Of a DNA stretch of 64,000 nucleotides, positions 36,370 through 43,534 are shown in pieces (the stretch's first letter is position 1; every line of letters starts with the position of its first letter). The notes under the pieces were generated by a model that searched no databases, had not been told where the DNA came from, and saw only the letters and a program-made list of their open reading frames with translations. Source of the DNA: Acidobacteriota bacterium (GTDB taxonomy: Bacteria > Actinomycetota > AC-67); the NCBI GenBank assembly GCA_016208485.1, contig JACQXY010000049.1, positions 2,800 to 66,799 on the forward strand, read 5' to 3'. The position numbers were made by a program, and so were the translations under genes.

Positions 36370-37073
36370 GACGTCGTCGCCTTGCCTTGGTCGCCGCGGC
36401 CGTCGCGGCCTCCGCGCTCGCTCCGGCCGCCGGGGCCGGATCGGCCGCGCCCACCACGCTGCGCATCGAATCCCCGGCGGCGGCGATCCTCGGCGAGATC
36501 GTCGTCGTGCGCGCGCGGCTCGCCGGCGCCGACGGCACCCCCATCGCGCGCGCGGCGATCGTCTTCGCGACCGAGGCGGAGTTCCTGAACGAGACCGGCG
36601 AGGCGGAAGTCGCCGAGGCCGTGACCGGCCCCGACGGCGCCGCCCAGGCCGAGTGGCAACCGCGCACCTCCGGCCCCGTCTCGGTGATCGCGACCTTCTC
36701 CGGGGACCCGACGCACGCGCCGTCGCGAGCCACCGCGTCCGTCACCGTGTCGGGGGCCCGCCAGCTCTGCTCGGAGCTCCAGGGCGTACAGCTCCTCGGG
36801 ATCGACGCGGGCCCCGGCCTCAGCCCCCGCTCCGGACGCACGGGCTCCTGGCCCCGGCTCAACGGGTGGCCCATTGGTGTCATCCTGATGATCGTCTGGT
36901 CGCTCTTCGCCTACGTCGTGCTCCTCCTTCTGCGGATCTCGAAGGAGCCCCCGTGGGCGGGGGCCGCCGCCGAGGGACAGGCATCCCTTCCTGCCGGCGT
37001 GCTCGAGCGCTCCGGTGCGGCCGCCGCGGGCGTGGCGGCCGGCGGGAGCGAGGAACCGGGGGCGAGTCCGTGA
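36366..37073 (+). CDS. Signal-peptide protein with an Ig-like (Big/CarboxypepD_reg-like) domain and a C-terminal TM anchor
   Basis: The GTG overlaps the NrfD stop. The N-terminus is MRRRRLALVAAAVAASALAPAAGAGSA. The segment ILGEIVVVRARLAGADGTPIARAAIVFATEAEF...GPDGAAQAEWQP is present. The TM helix is WPIGVILMIVWSLFAYVVLLLL. Confidence 0.55.
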   Translation: MRRRRLALVAAAVAASALAPAAGAGSAAPTTLRIESPAAAILGEIVVVRARLAGADGTPIARAAIVFATEAEFLNETGEAEVAEAVTGPDGAAQAEWQPRTSGPVSVIATFSGDPTHAPSRATASVTVSGARQLCSELQGVQLLGIDAGPGLSPRSGRTGSWPRLNGWPIGVILMIVWSLFAYVVLLLLRISKEPPWAGAAAEGQASLPAGVLERSGAAAAGVAAGGSEEPGASP

Positions 37074-37504
37074 GCCGTCGCCGCCCCTCGTTCCCGACGC
37101 TCGCCGCGGTCGCCGTCGCCTCCCTCGGAAGCCTGCTCATCGCCATCGGGGCGCGCAGCCCGCACACGCACACCAACCTCGAGCCCGGCTTCCACGTCTC
37201 CTACGTCCGCACGGCCCCGAGCTTCGTCGGCCCCCCCGAGCATGTCATGGCGATGACCGGGGGTCAGATCCCCTCCGGGGGGGGCGAGGCCGCGCGCGGC
37301 CGGGCGCTCTTCTACGGGATGATGTGCGCGTCGTGCCACGGACTCGGCGCTCAAGGCGGGCTGGTAGGCCCCGGGCTGGCCGGGCTCGGCGCTGAAGCCG
37401 TGATGGACGCGGTCGAAGAGGGACCGGGAGGAATGCCGCGATTCCACTTGACCCACGAGGAGATCCGAGCGATCGTGGCTTTCCTCAAAGCCGCCGAGGA
37501 CTAG
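37070..37504 (+). CDS. Membrane-anchored monoheme c-type cytochrome
   Basis: The GTG overlaps the upstream TGA. The N-terminal TM helix is PTLAAVAVASLGSLLIAIGA. The heme motif CASCH sits in the context GRALFYGMMCASCHGLGAQG, and there is a distal Met (GGMPRF). Confidence 0.75.
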   Translation: MSRRRPSFPTLAAVAVASLGSLLIAIGARSPHTHTNLEPGFHVSYVRTAPSFVGPPEHVMAMTGGQIPSGGGEAARGRALFYGMMCASCHGLGAQGGLVGPGLAGLGAEAVMDAVEEGPGGMPRFHLTHEEIRAIVAFLKAAED

Positions 37505-37612
37505 ACCCTCGGCCGCGCTCTTGGACTCCCGGTCGCAGTCCAGATAGGATCGGCAGGTCGTCGAGACCCTAAGGAGGTCGTCGTGCTCGATAGGAAAGCC
37601 CGGACCCGGACT

Positions 37613-38593
37613 ATGGCGCTCGTGGGGGCCCTGTCCGTTTCTCTTCTTCTGTCCGCATGCGCCAAGAGCACGAAGCCAGGCGCGCAGGACGCGACCACCC
37701 CGACCGCGACGGTATCGAGCCCGCCGGCCGCGCCGGTGGCGGTCGCCGCCGACGAGTACATCAAGAACCGCAAGGACATCGTCGACGCGGCGGACTGGGA
37801 CGCCGCCCAGCACCTCGCGATCGAGTGGGGCGAGGCGGGCAACACGATGTACTTCAGGCCGAAGGACATGACGCTCGAGGCCGGCAAGCCCTACGTGTTC
37901 GAGGTCAACAACACCGGCAAGAAGAAGCACGAGCTCGTCGCCGAGGCCTTCTTCCGCTCCTCAGCGATCCGCAAGTTCGAGGACGACATCAGCGAGGTCA
38001 AGGTGCGCCTCGCGACCGAGTTCGAAGTCTTCGCCGGCAAGAAGGTCGAGCTGTTCATCATCCCGGTCATGCCGGGCGCCTACGAGATGGTCTGCGGGAT
38101 CGCCGGCCACCGCGAGGCCGGGATGGAAGGCACGATCACGGTCACCGGTCAGGTCCCGTCGGCCCCGGCTCCCGAGATCGCCAAGCTCGCCGACAGCGGC
38201 TGGGTCCAGGACCCCAAGGCGATCATCGACGCCGCGGACTGGGACGCTGCGGAGAAGATCCGGATCGAGGCCGGTGAGACGGGCGACAAGATGTGGTTCA
38301 AGCCCTCCAACATCGATCTGAAGGCGAACAAGCCCTACATCATCACCCTCGTCAATGTCGGCAAGAAGAAGCACGAGTTCGTGGCCGACGAGTTCACCCC
38401 GACCGTCGCCTTCCGAAAGGCGGAGGACGCCTCGGGGGAGTTCAAGGGTCTCTCCCTCGACGAGGTCGAGGTGTTCGCCGGCAAGGAGATCGAGGTCTTC
38501 TTGATCCCGACGAAGGCCGGTTCGTACCCCCTCATATGCGAGATCGCCGGCCACCAAGAGGCCGGGATGGTGGGGACGATCACGGTCGCCTAG
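37613..38593 (+). CDS. Lipoprotein with two tandem type-1 (blue) copper cupredoxin domains; auracyanin/plastocyanin-like
   Basis: Lipobox LLLSAC. Each domain has the His, Cys-x4-His-x4-Met ligand set (GKKKHELV...MVCGIAGHREAGMEGTITV and GKKKHEFV...LICEIAGHQEAGMVGTITV). The two halves are clearly an internal duplication. Confidence 0.8.
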   Translation: MALVGALSVSLLLSACAKSTKPGAQDATTPTATVSSPPAAPVAVAADEYIKNRKDIVDAADWDAAQHLAIEWGEAGNTMYFRPKDMTLEAGKPYVFEVNNTGKKKHELVAEAFFRSSAIRKFEDDISEVKVRLATEFEVFAGKKVELFIIPVMPGAYEMVCGIAGHREAGMEGTITVTGQVPSAPAPEIAKLADSGWVQDPKAIIDAADWDAAEKIRIEAGETGDKMWFKPSNIDLKANKPYIITLVNVGKKKHEFVADEFTPTVAFRKAEDASGEFKGLSLDEVEVFAGKEIEVFLIPTKAGSYPLICEIAGHQEAGMVGTITVA

Positions 38594-38815
38594 CTCCGGC
38601 ACTACGCGGCAGCGCCCCCGGACGACCGGGGGCGCTCGCGTCTCCGGGGGCAGGTGCCCGCCTCTCAACACACGCGGTGGCCCGGCCGCTCCCCCTGGGC
38701 CGGGCCCCGCGCGGTCACGCGTCCTTCGTCCCCCCGCTCACTGGATGTCGTTAAGCTACCTTAACATCGGCGGGGACGCAAGGGGGTCGTCTCAAAGAGG
38801 TTGGCCCGGCCCCGC

Positions 38816-40750
38816 TCAGCGCGCGGCGCGGATCTCGTCGAGCGAACCGGGGTTCTCGAGCGAGGACAGGTCCCCGGGATCCTCGCCGAGCGCGACCGCG
38901 CGAATGGTGCGCCGCAGGATCTTGGCCGAGCGGGTTCTCGGCAGCGCGCCGACGAACCTCACCGCGTCGGGCCGGAAGGCCTTGCCCAGATCGCGCTCGA
39001 CCAGCGCGCGCAGCTCGGCGCGCAGGGCATCGGTCGGCTCGGTCCCCGGCCGCAAAACCACGAAGCACCAAACCTTCTCGCCCTTCACCTCGTCGGGCAC
39101 GCCGACCACCGCTGACTCGGCCACAGCCGGATGAGAGACAAGGATCGACTCGACCTCGGCGGGGCCGAGTCGCTTGCCGGCGATCTTGAGCGTGTCGTCC
39201 GAGCGGCCGTGGAGGTACCAGTAGCCATCGGCGTCGCGCGAGGCCCAGTCCCCATGCACCCAGACGTCCGGCCACCTCGACCAGTAGGTCTCGATGTAGC
39301 GCTCCGGGTCGCGCCAGATGCCGCGCGTCATCCCCGGCCAGGGCTTGGTGCAAACCAGCTCCCCCACCTGCCCCGGCGGGAGCGGCTTGCCGGACTGGTC
39401 GTAGACGTCGATCGCCATCCCGAGCGCCGGCCCGCCGAGCGTGCACGGGCGGAGCTTCACGAGCGGTGTCGGCGACAGGAAGCAGGCGCCGACCTCGGTC
39501 CCGCCGGACAGGTTGATCACCGGGCAACGCCGGCCGCCGACGACCTCGAAGAACCAGCGCCACGGCTCGGGGTTCCACGGCTCCCCCGTCGAGCCGAGGA
39601 TCCGCAAGCTCGACAGGTCGTGCTTGCGGACGTTCTCCTCGCCGCGGGGGATGAGCGCGCGGATGAGGGTCGGCGAGGCACCGAGGATCGTCGCGCGGTG
39701 CCGCTCGATCACCTCCCACAGCCGGTCGGACGCCGGGTAGTCGGGCGCCCCCTCGTAGAAGAGCACGCACCCGCCGGCGGCGTTCGCGCCGATCAGCTCC
39801 CACGGGCCCATGATCCAGCCCATGTCGGTGACCCAGAAGAGCGTGTCGTCTGGACGCAGATCCACCTGGTAGGCGACTTCTTCGGCGATCTTGACGAGGA
39901 AGCCGGCCTGCACGTGCACCGCGCCCTTCGGGCGCCCGGTCGTGCCGGAGGTGTAGGCGATGAGGAGCGGGTGCTCCGAGTCGAGCGGAGGCGCCGGGCG
40001 CTCCTCCGGCTGCCCGGCCACGAGGTCCGCCCAGTCGAGGTCGCGGCCCTCCGTCCACGGGTCCTCCCGCCCGAGTCGGCGGTGAACGATCACGTGGCGC
40101 ACCGTAGGGCTCGCCGCGACGGCCTCATCGGCCGCCTCCTTCATCGGTACCACGGAGCCGCGCCGGAGGAACCCGTCGGCGGTGATCAGGACCTTCGCCT
40201 CGGCGTCCTGAAGGCGCGACGCGACCGCCCCGCCGGCGAACCCCGAGAAGATCGGGAGCCACACCGCGCCGATCTTCGAGCACGCGTAGATCGCGATCGC
40301 GTTCTCGGGGATCATCGGCATGAAGATCCCGACCGCGTCGCCCGGCCCGATCCCCAGGCCGCACAACCCGCCGGCGAGCCGGTCGACCTCACGGCGCAGC
40401 TCGGCGTAGCTGAGCGTGCGCGTCGCGCCGTCCTCGCCCTCCCAGCGGATCGCGACGCGGCCGGGCGTGCGCGCGGCGTGGCGGTCGACGCAGTTGTGTG
40501 TGAGGTTGATGGTCCCGCCGGTGAACCACTTCGCCCAGGGAATCCCGCCCGAGGCGTCCAGCACCTTCGAATAGGGCATGAAGAACTCGATCCCGAGGTC
40601 GCGCACGACCGCGTCCCAGAACCACTCCGGGTCCTCTTGAGAGCGGCGCACCAGGTCCCAGTAGTCGGAGATCCCGTGCGCGCGCATGAGGCGCGCGACG
40701 TTCGCTCGCTCGAGCTGCTCGGGTCCGGGCGTCCAGGCGAACTCGGTCAC
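38816..40750 (-). CDS. AMP-forming acetyl-CoA synthetase-family acyl-CoA ligase
   Basis: 644 aa. AMP-binding signature YTSGTTGRPKG, ...WVTDMGWIMGPW..., ...GDWASRDADGYWYLHGRSDDTLKIAGKRLGPAEVE... The N-terminal ...DPEWFWDAV... is typical of Acs. Confidence 0.9.
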   Translation of the reverse strand: MTEFAWTPGPEQLERANVARLMRAHGISDYWDLVRRSQEDPEWFWDAVVRDLGIEFFMPYSKVLDASGGIPWAKWFTGGTINLTHNCVDRHAARTPGRVAIRWEGEDGATRTLSYAELRREVDRLAGGLCGLGIGPGDAVGIFMPMIPENAIAIYACSKIGAVWLPIFSGFAGGAVASRLQDAEAKVLITADGFLRRGSVVPMKEAADEAVAASPTVRHVIVHRRLGREDPWTEGRDLDWADLVAGQPEERPAPPLDSEHPLLIAYTSGTTGRPKGAVHVQAGFLVKIAEEVAYQVDLRPDDTLFWVTDMGWIMGPWELIGANAAGGCVLFYEGAPDYPASDRLWEVIERHRATILGASPTLIRALIPRGEENVRKHDLSSLRILGSTGEPWNPEPWRWFFEVVGGRRCPVINLSGGTEVGACFLSPTPLVKLRPCTLGGPALGMAIDVYDQSGKPLPPGQVGELVCTKPWPGMTRGIWRDPERYIETYWSRWPDVWVHGDWASRDADGYWYLHGRSDDTLKIAGKRLGPAEVESILVSHPAVAESAVVGVPDEVKGEKVWCFVVLRPGTEPTDALRAELRALVERDLGKAFRPDAVRFVGALPRTRSAKILRRTIRAVALGEDPGDLSSLENPGSLDEIRAAR

Positions 40751-40877
40751 GGGTCCCTCCTTCGGTTGCGCGCGGAGCGTACGGGACGGGCGCGGACGGG
40801 GTCAACGCGCGGGTGCCGGCGGCTTCGACGGAGCATCGGCCTTGCCGAACTGTTCGCGGATCCGCTAACATCGCCTC

Positions 40878-41186
40878 GTGGGGATCGCGTCCCAGCTCCT
40901 CGTTGAGGCCCGGCGCGTGGCCGGTCTCACGCAGGCGGCGCTCGCGCGGAGAGCGGGCATGCCCCGTTCGGTCTTGAACGCCTACGAGCGCGGGAATCGC
41001 GAACCGGGAGCCGGCGCGCTCGCCGGCATCCTTGCGGCGGCCGGCTTCGAGCTTCGCCTCGCTCCGCTGATCGATCGCGAGCGCAACGCTCGAGTGCTCG
41101 CGGAGGTCCTCGACCTGGCGGAGCGGCTGCCGTGGCGGCCTCGCCGCACGCTCGCCTTCCCGCCGTTTCGACGCAGGGCCCAATGA
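40878..41186 (+). CDS. XRE-family HTH protein
   Basis: VAGLTQAALARRAGMPRSVLNAYERGNREP is a Cro/C1-type HTH. 102 aa. Translationally coupled to the downstream nucleotidyltransferase gene. Confidence 0.65.
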   Translation: MGIASQLLVEARRVAGLTQAALARRAGMPRSVLNAYERGNREPGAGALAGILAAAGFELRLAPLIDRERNARVLAEVLDLAERLPWRPRRTLAFPPFRRRAQ

Positions 41187-41719
41187 GCGTCCTGGCGAAG
41201 CAGCTGCTCGCCGTGCACGCCGCGCTCGACCGGGCAGGGCTCCCCCATGCCTTCGGCGGCGCGATCGCTCTCGCCTACTGGACCCAGGAGCCGCGCGGGA
41301 CCAGGGACCTCGACGTGAACGTCTTCGTCGCTCCCGAGCGAGCGGACGAGGCGCTCGACGCGTTGCCGCGCGGCGTCGCGGTCCGGCCCGCAGACCGGGC
41401 CACCGCGCGCCGCGATGGGCAGGCGCGCGTGATGTGGGGCGACACCCCCGTGGACCTCTTCTTCGACACCCACGCGTTTCATCGTGAAGCCGCCGACGGC
41501 GTTGTGGGCGTGCCGTTCGAGGGCGCGACGATCCCGGTGCTCGGCGCCGAGGCGCTCATCGTGTTCAAGGCCATGTTCAACCGGACGCGGGACTGGGCGG
41601 ACATCGAGGCGATGCTCGACGCCGGCTCGGTGGACGGCCACCGCGCGCTCGAGCGCCTGCGGTCCTTGCTGGGGGAATCCGACCCGGCGGTCGCGCGGCT
41701 CACCGCGCTCGTTCGTTAG
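41183..41719 (+). CDS. Nucleotidyltransferase-fold protein (pol-beta superfamily)
   Basis: The ATG overlaps the upstream TGA. GGAIALAYWTQEPRGTRDLDVNVFV is a G[SG]-x9-13-D-x-D nucleotidyltransferase motif. 178 aa. Confidence 0.6.
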   Translation: MSVLAKQLLAVHAALDRAGLPHAFGGAIALAYWTQEPRGTRDLDVNVFVAPERADEALDALPRGVAVRPADRATARRDGQARVMWGDTPVDLFFDTHAFHREAADGVVGVPFEGATIPVLGAEALIVFKAMFNRTRDWADIEAMLDAGSVDGHRALERLRSLLGESDPAVARLTALVR

Positions 41720-41804
41720 GGACCAACCGGCTCAACCCCTCGTTTCGCGCGCGGCGCCCTCGCGTGCCTAGCATTCAGGCATCGCGCGACGAATGGAGGT
41801 CCGC

Positions 41805-43220
41805 ATGGCCGAGTTCCGGATCGAGAAGGACTCGATGGGTGAGGTGCGTGTGCCGGCCGCGGCGTACTGGGGCGCGCAGTCCCAGCGCGCGGTCGACAAT
41901 TTCCCGGTCAGCGGGATCCGATTCCCCAGGCGCTTCATCTGGGCGCTCGGGGTCATCAAGTGGGCGGCGGCGCAGGTGAACGAGGATCTCGGGAACGTGG
42001 ACGGTCGGCGCGCCGAGGCGATCCGCAAGGCCGCCGACGAGGTGATCGACGGCGCGCTCGACGACCAGTTCGTGCTCGACATATTCCAGACGGGATCGGG
42101 CACCTCGACCAACATGAACGCGAACGAGGTGATCGCGAACCGGGCCTCGGAGCTGCTCGGCGCGGCGCGCGGCTCCCGCGAGGTCCACCCGAACGACCAC
42201 GTGAACACCGGCCAGTCCTCGAACGACGCGATCCCGACCGCGATCCACCTCGCGGCCATAGCCGGCATCCGGGAGGATCTGCTGCCGGCGATGGCGCGGC
42301 TCGCCGGCTCGCTCCGCTCGAAGGCAGCCGAGTTCGCCGAGGTCTTGAAGGTGGGACGCACCCACCTGATGGACGCCACGCCGATCATGCTCGGCCAGGA
42401 GCTGGGCGGCTACGCGACCCAGGTCGAGAAGGGCGCGGCGCGGCTGCTCGACGCCTGCGGACGGCTCGGCGAGCTGGCGCTCGGCGGGACGGCGGTCGGG
42501 ACGGGCCTGAACGCCGACCCCCAGTTCGCGCCGAGAGCGATCGCGCTCATCCGCGAGCGGACCGGCCTGGACGTGCGGGAGGCCGAGGATCACTTCGAGG
42601 CTCAGGGGTCGAAGGACGCCTGCGTCGAGACGTCCGGGGCCCTTCGCACTCTCGCCGCGTCGCTCCTCAAGATCGCGAACGACGTGCGGTGGATGGGCTC
42701 CGGGCCGAGGGCCGGGATCGGAGAGCTGCGCCTGCCCGAGCTGCAGCCCGGGTCCTCGATCATGCCGGGCAAGGTGAACCCGGTGATCCCGGAGGTCGTG
42801 ACGCAGGTGGCCGTTCAGGTGATCGGAAACGACCAGGCGGTGACGATCGCCGGCGCGATGGGCAACTTCGAACTGAACGTGTTCATGCCCCTCATCGCAC
42901 GCAACCTGATCGAGTCGATCGCGCTGCTCACCTCCGCGTGCCGGCTGTTCGCCGAGAAGTGCATCGACGGCCTCGGGGCGGACGTGGACCGCGCGCGCTC
43001 TCTCGTCGAGCAGTCCTTCCCGATCGTGACCGCGCTCGTGCCGAAGATCGGCTACGACAAGGCTGCGGAGATCTCGAAGATCGCGTACAAGACCGGGCGC
43101 GCCGTCCGCGACGTGGCGCTCGAGCTGTCCGGCCTCTCGGCCGGCGAGCTGGACGAAGCGCTCGACCTCGCGAAGATGACGCGGGGAGGGATCGTCGCGC
43201 CGGGCCTCGGCGGGGGCTGA
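41805..43220 (+). CDS. fumC: Class II fumarate hydratase (fumarase C / aspartase family)
   Basis: EKDSMGEVRVPAAAYWGAQSQRA, QTGSGTSTNMNANEVIANRASELLG and the SS-loop GSSIMPGKVNP are FumC-like rather than AspA-like. The VIPEVVTQ segment resembles aspartase, so the family is certain but the subtype is moderately so. Confidence 0.75.
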   Translation: MAEFRIEKDSMGEVRVPAAAYWGAQSQRAVDNFPVSGIRFPRRFIWALGVIKWAAAQVNEDLGNVDGRRAEAIRKAADEVIDGALDDQFVLDIFQTGSGTSTNMNANEVIANRASELLGAARGSREVHPNDHVNTGQSSNDAIPTAIHLAAIAGIREDLLPAMARLAGSLRSKAAEFAEVLKVGRTHLMDATPIMLGQELGGYATQVEKGAARLLDACGRLGELALGGTAVGTGLNADPQFAPRAIALIRERTGLDVREAEDHFEAQGSKDACVETSGALRTLAASLLKIANDVRWMGSGPRAGIGELRLPELQPGSSIMPGKVNPVIPEVVTQVAVQVIGNDQAVTIAGAMGNFELNVFMPLIARNLIESIALLTSACRLFAEKCIDGLGADVDRARSLVEQSFPIVTALVPKIGYDKAAEISKIAYKTGRAVRDVALELSGLSAGELDEALDLAKMTRGGIVAPGLGGG

Positions 43221-43441
43221 GCGCCGGCCCCGGGGACCCCCGGCCAAGCTCGACCGACCCCCGGGACTTGACGCCTGCCGCGCCGGGTGACACGATCACA
43301 TCGTTCGTCTCGGACATTTCATGGCTCTCAGCGCATCCCTCCGGAGACGAGCGAACCCGGCGGTTCCGAACAACTGCTCTGCCGGAGCCGGCGGCGAGCA
43401 GCAGAAGAGCGGCCGCGACCACCTGAGATGGAGGCGGGGAT

Positions 43442-43458
43442 GAGAGAGAGAGAGAGAG
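43442..43458. repeat. (GA)8 dinucleotide tract immediately after a candidate ATG at 43440, in the 5' end of the giant BNR-repeat protein gene
   Basis: GGAGGcggggATG agagagagagagagag ttcc. A perfect 8-unit GA microsatellite is highly unusual in a 70% GC context. Confidence 0.9.
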
Positions 43459-43534
43459 TTCCCCAAGATGCGCGGCGAATCGCCGCAGGCGCGCCGGCTT
43501 CGTAGGCGCATGGACTCTTCTGCTGGTCGTCGTC

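Noticed and set aside
39131-40906. 591-aa plus ORF antisense to the acetyl-CoA synthetase
   Set aside because: Acs motifs are unambiguous on the minus strand. The antisense translation is Arg/Pro-rich.
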